This document shows, in pieces, positions 45,428-64,000 of a stretch of 64,000 nucleotides of DNA (position 1 is its first letter; the number at the start of each line of letters is the position of its first letter). Origin of the DNA: Lytechinus pictus (Eukaryota); NCBI RefSeq assembly GCF_037042905.1, contig NC_087246.1, positions 15,252,001 to 15,316,000 of the forward strand. The letters are read 5' to 3'. The position numbers were made by a program, and so were the translations under genes. The notes below the pieces were generated by a model that made no database searches, was not told the DNA's origin, and saw nothing but the letters and a program-made list of their open reading frames with translations.

Positions 45428-46758
45428 AGTTTGCTTATACGATGACATCGGATTGCTAATTAGCATTATGCATTCAGCACTGTTTCACAAATATTCCTCG
45501 TGAAATTCTAATATAAATCATGTTTGTTATTTTTCTGCGTAATCAAATAAGCATTTAATTTTGCAGTGTGGTTAGATATGAAGAGCAATCATCGTACAAA
45601 TTCTCTCACATTAAGGATTATTTAGGATTAAAACTACATCCAAAATTCGATCGATGGTCCCTAACTACAGTCAATCTAGATTTATTCTAATCCATGATGG
45701 ATATCAGAGTTTTTATTTCGCATCCTGTCCAATAGGCCTATAACCTGAACACCTCGATGAGGAGTGGCAAACTTTGTGAGAACAAGCAGAGCTTGCGAGA
45801 AAAAGACTTTGTTGCAGGAGAAGTCCATCACGACCATGCACCCAGACGTGAACATATTTTTTTTACAGAAAGAATGAAAATAAGAGGAAATAAAATTGAA
45901 TGTAATAAATGAATGATTATAAAAAACGTTATGAATTTTTGTCATTTTTTTTTATTTGTGACGTCTTATGCAAGTAAGTAAACAGCAATTCTACCTACCC
46001 GTACCCGTACGTACTATAATATAAGTTGCCCTATTTGAAAAGTCATCATGATTGACAATGAACTTTTGCCTGATATATTTAACACATCCACATAACTCAT
46101 GATGCAACTGGAAATTATAATAATAATAATTATTATTATTTATAATAATAATACTGTAATAGCGCATGATATTCATGATCTCTATGCGCTTTTCAGATGA
46201 ATTATTTGATATTACATAATTATACATTACATTACAAGAAATCGGAGGGGTGCTTGCATGTTACATCAGATTTTGTATGAATTCTCGCCAAATGTTCATT
46301 AATATGCTTATTTCGTTATACATTTTTATTAGAGAAACACTTAAAGTCAGGGTTGACTTTAAATTTAACTAAAAGACATCATCTGAACTTCGCGATCTGC
46401 TGTTATGCCTATAGATCTTGGGGAAAAAAGATCAGTGCAATGTATTATTTATTTACTAAGATTGGGGCCGGACATATCGAGCGAATACATGAACAAAAGA
46501 TAATCTGGTTGACAATTCACTGTACCGTACATTGAATGGATGTATGGTCATTTCGGTGCTCCAGTATAGAAAATACATGTACTGTGGACCTTAAGAATTT
46601 TCGTTCGTATCTATTTGCATGTGAGCTCGGCATGCTCTCTTGATCATTCGTTGATCCCTATAGCACTCCCATCACTGTTCATTACATTGGAAGAGCATAC
46701 AGCGCATGATTGATATCTGCGATTTATATAGCAGAACCTGAACTGATATTCTTTCAAG

Positions 46759-54328
<7,570 letters not shown>

Positions 54329-54986
54329 TTTGATTTGCGAAAATGATACTCATGCCAAGCTGCCACATTATTGACTCTAAACTGCCTTAACAGGACCGTA
54401 TTAGCTAAGTCTAATCAGGACATGATAATCATGTTGGTTTGTTTTTTATCAGGCTGCCAAGGAAGTGAGTGTATTCTAGCACAAAAGGGATAGAGTTTAG
54501 TTTGAGAACATGATGATGAGGATTTATGCTTTTCAAAGGGCACTGCGCTGCATACACCATGAGCAGGTATATTTAGCAACAGGCCTATAAAGGCCCAAGC
54601 AGATCTACATAGATCTATCTAGTCCTATTCCTCCTTTTCCTCTATTTGGTTATTTGGTCTGATTTGGACTACATGTATGACTACAAATTTAGTGTTGCAT
54701 AAAACAAAAATTCAATGTTTTGTTATTCGTGCAACCATTCGAATATTACATTGAATTACACTTCATGTCATTGAATAGACTCTTTAAACTTGCACGCTTA
54801 TGTGATATTCAGAACACATGCTGCATAATATATTTATATCCAATTCTTCGTAAAATTTATGAATGAGAAATATATAGATCATCAACAGTTTCCCCATGAG
54901 ATGTTAATAATTAATCTTCTTTACATTATGAAATAGTGTAGTACCAATATTTACATGCAGTTTTTTATTCATATAAATCATCATCA

Positions 54987-55230
54987 TTGTGGTCTCGTGA
55001 ATCAGTCTCTTGCCTTTCAATCAAAAGGGACGTGGGTTTGAATCCAAGCCATGACATTATCTTTCAGCAAGAAATTTATTCACTCTCACTGCATTTGACC
55101 AAGGTTTAGTAAATAACTACAGCAGGAACATCCTTAAAATCCTTGTGTAGTGGAAGGGCTACTCCCATAGTAATAATTACAATTAGCACCTTATCCAGTC
55201 TGTATAGTGGATTAGCTGCATTATCATTAT
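54987..55230 (+). mobile_element. Degenerate tRNA-derived SINE downstream of the PTGR1-C stop
   Basis: gtggtctcgtgaatcagtct...gggtttgaatccaagccatg...cagcaagaaatttattcac, same family as the SINE at 21406. Confidence 0.65.
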
Positions 55231-56050
55231 TATCACTCAATATCTTTCAAGTATCAAGAATGATTAATCAATAAAATTGCAATATCTTTATTCCACATGT
55301 ACTTAACCATTATATTATTTAATTATCAAATGTTTCTACAGAATTATATGATTGTACTATAATAGAGACTAATAAAAGAACATGATTTCTACACAACCTG
55401 TAGCTTCTCATTGTGTGTTTATTGATGTTTTAATAGCACATTCCTTGGACTTTTCCCCATTATCACAAATTCAAAAATTAATCAAATAATACAGTCTGTG
55501 GATATCATGTGCATTTATAGTTAAGAAACCAAAGTGCTATACAGTACACCTTTTAATGTATTTGTACAAACATGTATTTTGACAAGATGCATAACACCCC
55601 TATATAACAGCAGGATCCATGCTCAAAGAAGCAGCATAGATTTTTATATTACCATCAATAGACAACATGCTCAGGAAAATATATTGTATTTTTTGTTTCT
55701 ATATTATATTTGTATAAAACTTCATAACTTTAAAAATCTGGCTCCAGAGAAAAACATTGAATGAACAATATTTACATGTACAGTAGATGACAAGATGAGT
55801 TAATGGTATATTTCAAGCTCCAAAGTTGTCAAAGAGAGAGGGTGTCAAAAGACCAAGGTTACCTGTATGATCTGCAATTGATTTCAGGCGTTTTTTTTAT
55901 GCTTCACAGTTCACATGAAGGACGCACTGTATGTGTTGCATTTAACGCAAGTTAAAAAACCTCATCCAAAAAGTGAGGACAACACTTAAACCAGTCTGTG
56001 GCAGGCTATTCATAAAGCTGATGTTTGTCACCATCAGTCGTTCAAATCCC

Positions 56051-56223
56051 GGTAGGTGTTTCATAAAGCTGTTCATAAGATAAGAGCAACTTAAAGAACG
56101 ACTGGTGATCCTTTCTTGTGGTAAATGGTATATTCATTGGGGATTGTTTAGCGCATAAGAAAGAATCACCAGTCGTTCTTAAAGTCGCTCTTTACTTACG
56201 AACAGCTTTATGAAACGGCCCCC
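56051..56223. mobile_element. Palindromic MITE, preceded by a partial copy at ~56001-56045
   Basis: gtttcataaagctgttcataag...aagaacgactggtgat / atcaccagtcgttctt...cttacgaacagctttatgaaac. Confidence 0.8.
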
Positions 56224-57350
56224 TGATTACAAAGTTACAATAATGAACTTTTAGACAAGTTGACTAGGTATTTCTGTATCTTTGAGAATGAGATCATGAC
56301 CAGCAATGTCTCTTACAAGACCATTATTGAAAGTAAACAATGGCATGGATGGCCTCCCATTTCAGCTCAATCAGTAACTGTGGGGAATATTCCCTAATCC
56401 AAAAACACAAGGGCATTTTCGCAATTGATTTGTTTAATTAACATATTCCAGACCTGATTACACACATACTGTGTAAACAATTCAGTATTTCAGGGCATAC
56501 AAAGAAGTTTTTGTGTAGTTCTACATAAAATGAATTAATGCATATTTTTTTTATTTATGGATTATAAATAAAACTATTATATTGTCTGTTTGGAGTAAAG
56601 GGCTAAGCAATGCAACTTTATAAAAAAATCTAAGATTCTTGCCAAAATACCAATTCTACTTTTTGCAATAGATAAATATCATTATATCAACAATATGTTT
56701 TTATGTAGGCTCAATTCTTTATGCAGTTGAATTTCAAAAACACCAGATACACTTTTTTTCCATATGAGATACAACCAGTTCAAGATCTTAACCTAAGTCT
56801 GTATCCCATACGTATGCAGTCACATAAACATCTAAATGTTTTGTATCAGATCAATACAGATATTGCTCTGATCAGCATATTAGACACCTGTAGTGCATAC
56901 AAAATGTATACCGGTACATAACAAAATAGTTCTGTGAATATGAGTATATCACTTCTTCTTGACCATTGATTAGAGATTCAACTGACCAATGATAGCAAAT
57001 AATTTGAGAGACATAAATACCTCAAATGGAATAGCAACACAATGTTTCACAAAATGAAAAATTATCAAAATTTTGTAAGAAAAAAGTTGATTTCCTCACC
57101 TTGACTTGAACAGTGGTGAAGATAGTACAAATCGGAAACTCCCTTTCATGATTTAAGTCAAACCTGCTATTTAGTGACCATTGATCTGTAAAAACCTATT
57201 ATCTTTTTCTTTTCAATATAGTTTCTCACTAGGACACATACACTAGGAACTTGTCCATGAAGATGTTTGCCTACGAATCCCACTTTTCTTGTCTGTTGGG
57301 TAGTCTTTTTTTACATCACCCTGTCAATCTCAACAAGAGGGATTCTCTCA

Positions 57351-60300
57351 TCATCGCTTCTTAATCATTCGAAGTTGCTTCTTCTTCATCCTCTTCAGCT
57401 TAGCTGGATTCTTAATCTGTGAGAAACAAATAAAATCAAATGGTGATAAGCCTTTGGGAGAAATGGATCATACAAGTTCTATAACATAAAACCTTTCCAG
57501 AACCAAGAAAAAAACAAGGAAAATGTGGTCAAATTGTTTATAAAATCTTACATGAAAGGTCATCCGCAGTGATGCCAAATTAACAAAAAGCTTTTCAATA
57601 TACTAATGGTCAAAGAATCTAAGATTTTCATATCAAAGTGCAGTTACTTTTACCTATCCTGTAGTAATAAGATTTCAGATAAATATAGTTTAACATAAAA
57701 AACAGTCAGTATCTTTGGTCAAACTATCCCAGAATAACATACTGCATAACTAAAAAGGCAGCAGTCAGCAACACTGAATAGGGAACACATCAACAGGAGC
57801 ATATTTCATCAAGACAATGCCCCAGCATCAACTCAGTTCCTGTATTCCCTTGTCCTAGCCTTCTTACCATTGGCGGCGGAAGCCAAAAAATTTAGGGGGG
57901 TCCACCTGAAATTTTGAGCTTGACAGGTAAAAATTTGACAAGCACACAAAAAAAAAGGTATCAACCAAAATTTTTTGAAAAAAAAAAAAAAGAAGTTATC
58001 AACCAAAATATTAGGGGGGGGGACCACATAAATTTTAGGGAGGGTCCACGTGAATTTAGGGGGGACGCAAGAAACAATTTTGTTTTTCCCCTGCTTCCGC
58101 CGCCTATGCTTCTTACCCACAATAAATCATTCGAAATAAAAGTATTTAGCTCTGCAACTCTTTTAAATCAACCAGAGAAAGGAACCACATGCTTCAAAAC
58201 ATTCCTCTTCTGATTCAAGCCTACTGTAAATTCAACCTTCAACATACATACAAATCAAGACTAATGCTTTGGCACAAAAGCCTATGATAGGTTACCCACT
58301 TTGTAACTGACCTATGGGGGTTAAAATAGCATTACGCCCATGTATAAGAATATTAAAAGACTTACAACTTGGACCACTTCGGACTTCTTTTGATTTTCTT
58401 CCTTCTTCTTCTGATGCTCTTCTCTCCGCTGTTTCTTTAACTGAAAGAGAATTAAGTATAAAATACTCTATTATTTTAAAAGTATAGTAATCCAACACAG
58501 GGCAGTAAGTGTGCTAATAGTGAAAGTGAGTCCACTGCCAAATAAAAACCACTGCAATAACTAAATTAAGCAGTAGAGCACTTTTAATCAATCTCAGCAC
58601 CCCTATTTTCAATTAATTGGCATTTAAATATCACTTAGGTTTTGCAAGCAAGTAAAATTAACGTATTTGAAGCTTGAATGGTATTACAATAACAAGAAAA
58701 ATGGGCAAGGCTTCTGGTATGGGTAAAAGACAGATAAAACTGTAGCCAATCGATTTTATAATCTACGTGAAGAAGTTTTGTACTAGCAACAAATGTCAAT
58801 TTTAGTAATTTCTAATCTACACGTAAGATAGGGTTAAGATTAAATACATGTACATGTACTTCAATTTACCTCATAGTTAAAACAAATCTTTGCAAATATT
58901 CATCAGTTCAAAGAATTAAATTTCAGTAATAAACAATTCCTCAGTCTCATCCAAACTTTTTTTTTATTGTTTTGTAAATTATCTTCTATTAATTTTACTT
59001 CAAACAAAAAATGAAGCAAAAATATCTCCAATTGTCTTGAGTTCATTAAAAGAACCAGATATAATAGTACAATTATGAGGTTTACAAATTTATTAAAAAC
59101 GACAACCCAAAATAAGTACCCTGCATATATACTGCAAATTTAGATTAATCTTCGTCATTGACAAGCGATTCTAATTAATGTAAGTGGAACAGTTCCAATA
59201 GGTTAATGTATAAGATCACAGTTTTAACTGGGGTGCTGATTTTACACAAAATCTTGGCTGGACATTGGGAGAATGTTCTTTTTATTAAAACATATATCAT
59301 GTTGAAACACAATTGTCTTAAACAATGAGATCTACATGTACACCCATTTGTGGATTGGTAAGGATGTGTCTGTGTGATCCAATGGATGGATAGTAATACT
59401 AACTCTTGGGCATTGTTGGGCCAATGCAACAACTTGATTATTGAAGAAAACTCACCAGGATAGCCTGCCTTTTGGCGTCTATTAGCTCTTGCTGATATTT
59501 TCTGACAGACAACTTTTCTGCTTTCTGGGCCATTTTAAGTTGCCATGATGACTTGAGAGGCTTATCTTTTCTCATGTCGGAAAACCTGAAACACAATTAT
59601 AGACAGAATATTGGCAATGAGAAATATTCTCTGTTTACAAAAAACATACGCACTAATTTTCTGTTCATAAAAAATAATAATGCAATTAAAAAATGGCAGC
59701 TTACTGAGGATAGTAATATATTGGGGGTGAAACTTCTAATAAAGGTGATGATGGCTTACAATGAAGCATTTGTGTAGGTGTTAGGAGATAGGGAATGGAT
59801 AATTTGTTAAAATCTTTACCAAGTATGAAATGATGTTAAAGTTGAATTAAGAAGGGGGTGAGTTTCCATAAATATAGGTTCTACATACAATATATAGTAT
59901 ATATAAGTTGTTCAAACACATAGCATGTCACAATAATCCTCTGCCTTCTCGATATTTTGCTTTGAAAGTCTATGAAATTAGCCACCTGTCAGAGCCCGAG
60001 AGACGAGTGTACAGAAGAGTCACTCGGAGTGTGACGTCACCGGGGGGAATTTAGTATAAGAGGTGCCTGAATGTCATACAGAAATGCTATGCAGAGAGAG
60101 AAAGATATTTTACAATTTTTTTTCAAAGCAACTCAAATCAAACAAATAGGACTGATATGTACAAATCTTTACTTTCCCTGTATAAAAAACAGTATGAATA
60201 ACCACCATGAACTCTTCAATCATGATGTAAGATAGCAAACAGTGAGTTATTGAATGATATTTTCACTATTTCTCATTTATTTTATCACGATGTTCAATCA

Positions 60301-63094
60301 AGTGAGTAGCTGGAAAGTAATTCCGGCGGCTAGCTCAGCGCGCGCTGAACGCATAATACTAGTACACACAACACCCAGGCATTGAGTGTACTGTTATGGT
60401 CTGGTATGTCGACTTAGTTCATGGCCGTGCAGCGATCCCCTGGCGTTTTTTCTTCTTTTCTTTTGTCTTTGACTCCACTTTTATATCCTCTGGATCATTT
60501 CCACTCATAGCTCATTCCACAGAACAATCTTGAACCAAACGTATAGTATTCTTTCTCTGCCTTCTGAGTTGTTTTCTATATTTAATTACGCTAGGGGTCA
60601 CCGTCACACATACAAACGCAATTCGGAAGTGAGTTGAAGACAGAAAGATATATAGTAATTAGTATACATCTCTATGGTTGAAGACAACAAGAACGGTACG
60701 GTAGCTCGACAGCTAGCTGCGCCGGAGCGGGCGGCCGGTCGGCACAAAGCAATTCCGCAACCAACTGTGTTTTTTTTGCAAGAGCCGCGTCACACGCGGA
60801 TAAATATGTCATAATAACACGTCTGCTACGTTATCGACTGGTGAGAATTTAAGATCTCGATCAAATTTCATATTATTCACCTTGAAATTATTCCTTTAGG
60901 GTCTATGGTATCATTCTGAGGGAATTCACATATTTGGAATAATAGTACGGCCACAAATATTTTAATCATTTCCTCTTTGCAAGTTCTATGGCTCGCAGAT
61001 ACAACTTCAACTGCAGTTATTCCATATGCATAGTACACAAAACGGCACTGCCTTGTTTACTACACCGGGACCGAATACCCCCCGGTGACGTCACACTCAA
61101 AGAACACCCGTCTCGGTAGGCATTGCAGGAGCGAACTCAGGGAAAATGGGTAGGGATAAATCGTTCAAATTCACTATTTTGAAAAAAGAAAATGGGGGGT
61201 CGAATCACCTATTAGTGTTTGGGGGGTTGTAAGGTTGCTATTAATGTAAATATCTCAATATTTGGAATCGTCTTCTTAATTCAACTTTAAATTTCATGTG
61301 ATTTCATGTCAATTCATTTTTGTGTGTATGTTAAAATTTACTTACGATGTAGCACATGTGTGTGCAGTAAAGTTTAATGCAAACTTTTATCCAAACCCAA
61401 GAATTGTCCATCCCCTTCTTAAAAAGGTCAAACATTAACAAGCTAGTCACATACTACTCACCGTGCAGTCTGCTCTGTCTTCCATGGTCTACCTGACTTT
61501 GGCATTCCTTTGAACCGCTTTTGTGTTGTAGATTCTTGCTTGTAAGCTTCCATTACACTCTTGATAACATCACAAGGGGCTTTTGTCTCATCAGCAGGCT
61601 GTTTTCTTGAGTTTATTACCTCTTTGGCAGCAGTCTCATCACCAGCAGACCCTTTCTTTGTATATGCAACCTCGGCGGTATTAAAGGTCTTTTCTGCAGA
61701 TTCCACTCTTTCACTTGCAACTGAAGATGTGTCTAATGATTGAAAAGGGTTTGGTTCCTGTATATTTTGATCTAATGATACACCGTCTTTGCTCTCTACA
61801 GGATTTGATGCATCTGTTTTCTCATTCTCAGAGTCCAATGTTTCTTCTGGAATTGACTTTGTCTCCTCTTCAGACTTCTTGATCTTTGTAGATCTTGAGA
61901 CTCTCTTTCTCGGGCTTGATAAACTTTCTGGAAGATAACAGAATCATAACAAGTTTCATATTAACCTACTACATGTAGGCCTATTCTTTAAAAATCTCTT
62001 TTTTTAAATAGACTTTCTTATGGGAACACATGAGGTGTTTTACAGTATTTTTACTGAAGATGTAATTTAAAATGGAATTGCCATGCCTTAAAAGGAGAAT
62101 TCACCCTGGTCAACATTCAGTGCAAATCAAAATTTGCATCACTGCAAAGAATACCTCCTAAGCGTAACAGACTTAAATCTAAATTTAGTTATGATGGTAA
62201 TTCAACAAATACCCCCAACTTGTTCAAAGTTCATTGACCCTAAATGACCTTTGACCTTGGTCATGTGACCTGAAACTCAGGCAGGATATTCAGTAATACT
62301 TATTATATACTGTCATTTCAAAAACTAAACCTTCGGTTAAGATTTGATGTTGACGCCGCCGCCGAAAAACAGCGCCTATAGTCTAGTCTCACTCTGCTAT
62401 GCAGGTGAGACAAAAATGAATTAAAACCAGGGTTGGCAATATTTTTTATTCAATTTTTTTATTTAAAAAATCGAATTTATTTGATTTAGGCCTATATCAG
62501 ATTTTTTTTACAAAAATTTCTAAAATAAAAATTAAAGTGGAAACACCAAAAATAGAACCAAACTAAACCTAACTAAAATTATTACTAACTTCTATTCTAT
62601 TTCATAATTAAATATAGTCAATATAAGTTATAACGTTAGAATTTATATCATAAACTTATAAAGTCATGATGAAGATGCATGCGGTTTTCTCTTTTCTGCC
62701 AAAAAAAAGACAAAAATCGATGAGCCACGTCGGGGGGATTTTGCATTGTTATACCCCCTATGGTGGCTGTATGATAGCGAGCCGTCTGAGTACGAGGAGA
62801 AATATAAAAAAAATGTTTAAAAAAACCCCTGAAACAGACGGCTGCCAGTGCCAGCTGTCATCACCATACCATGCATGAATGGACGAAGCGCGGGGCAGCG
62901 CAGGCACAGTCGCACAGCTCATCTTGCACAATCATGACAAGGGCCAGGCAGCCGAGCTGCGCTGCTACAGCCTACACTAGGGCCTAGGCTACTGTCTAGT
63001 GACTGAAAGATCACTTACCCAAAGACTCTGTTTGGTCTCCTAGTCCCACTTCTCCAGCTCCTCGTCTAGAACTGCTTCTGGTTCCAACAGGCAT
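57351..63094 (-). CDS. CCDC86: Coiled-coil domain-containing protein 86 (Cgr1-like nucleolar protein), 270 aa
   Basis: Exons 63094-63019, 61927-61462, 59585-59456, 58440-58366 and 57416-57351 join in frame (813 nt). The C-terminus KGMPKSGRPWK...RFSDMRKDKPLKSSWQLKM...KSEVVQVIKNPAKLKRMKKKQLRMIKKR* matches the conserved CCDC86 C-terminal domain. The N-terminus is low-complexity and charged. Confidence 0.92.
57868..58108. mobile_element. hAT-like MITE with perfect 8-bp TSD in CCDC86 intron 4
   Basis: cttcttac-cattggcggcggaagc ... gcttccgccgcctatg-cttcttac. Confidence 0.9.
59840..61286. mobile_element. TTAA-target non-autonomous DNA transposon (Kolobok-like, ~1.45 kb) in CCDC86 intron 2
   Basis: ttaa-agttgaattaagaag / cttcttaattcaact-ttaa; subterminal inverted repeat gagtgtgacgtcaccggggg / cccccggtgacgtcacactc. 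Confidence 0.8.
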
Positions 63095-63689
63095 GGTGAC
63101 GTACTCCTATTCCACTAATAAATCAATCATGAGTCAAATTATTTCTTTAGAAAAAAGCCACAATACGATTTACACGTGTGAGTTGTATTACGCAATTAAC
63201 ATATATCACAAAAATATGAATTGATGCAGCGCCATCTACGTCTCGAACTTTATATTATCATGATTATACATACCATAGAGATATCTCTATGATACATACA
63301 TATTGAGTGATGTTCCAGCTGGAGCTTTTCAACATACCAACCGTGAAACCGTGAAATATTTCAAAAACAAATATATTTTTATATCTTATATTTTTTTGAA
63401 AATATGTATTTTTAAACAAAAGCAAAAAAAACTGACATTAAATAGAAATTTGTAAAATAAACAATAACCATCCAACCAACCTTAATTACCCTTTCCACGA
63501 ACAATCAGGTTTCACGCGCATTATTTACTATTCTGTATTTTTTATAGGTTGAGTTATTTTTTGGGCGAAGATTTTATGAAATTTTGTAGGACTAATAGGT
63601 GGATGGGTGACTAATCAAAATTAACGTTTATAATCGTCGCTTCATGGTTTGACCATAGAGCTATAGCTCTATGGTTTGACGTGACATGG

Positions 63690-64000
63690 GCTCAATTGTA
63701 TACAGAGATCCTAAAACTTCTATCACAGACTTTACTCAATCGATAAATGAGTGCCTTCAGGAGTTGCTCAAGGAAAAGAAGAATATTTACTTGATGGGGG
63801 ATTTCATTTCCTGAATGACACGTTGATGACTTTGTCAATATAATTTGTAATAATTCATTGCAGCCTCTGATAGATAAGCCAACATGCATTATTAATTCTA
63901 CTGTTTCTCTGATTGATTATATTATATCATGTTATATATACTAACGAATGTTCATTCTAACAATACTATCTCAGGTATTTTCTATACAGATTTAACTGAT
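63690..64000 (+). mobile_element. Degraded LINE APE-endonuclease fragment
   Basis: IYLMGDF, LIDKPT, SLIDYI and GIFYTDLTD-like stretches in shifting frames. Confidence 0.6.

Overview
AT-rich, repeat-dense eukaryotic DNA with spliceosomal GT-AG introns and three assembly gaps. The repeat families look like those of a marine invertebrate, probably a sea urchin (inference). Exons were assembled by hand. (1) The 5' part of a secreted reeler-domain protein gene on the minus strand, with a 13.7 kb first intron, running off the left edge. (2) A tandem array of three intact 9-exon prostaglandin reductase 1 / alkenal-one oxidoreductase (PTGR1, MDR superfamily) genes on the plus strand, called A, B and C here, each 328 aa. 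(3) A complete 5-exon CCDC86 (Cgr1-like) gene on the minus strand, convergent with copy C. Introns and spacers hold many MITEs, tRNA-derived SINEs and CR1/L2-type LINE fragments. Main observations: the middle PTGR1 copy is an apparent chimera (C-like 5' half, A-like 3' half), as expected from unequal crossing-over. The paralogues share a homogenised NADPH-binding core but differ at substrate-pocket positions. An exon-derived repeat carries extra splice donors. A perfect hairpin has arisen in one of two duplicated spacers. Five ultra-short CAT...ATG palindromes with 7-8 bp target duplications resemble P-element excision footprints.
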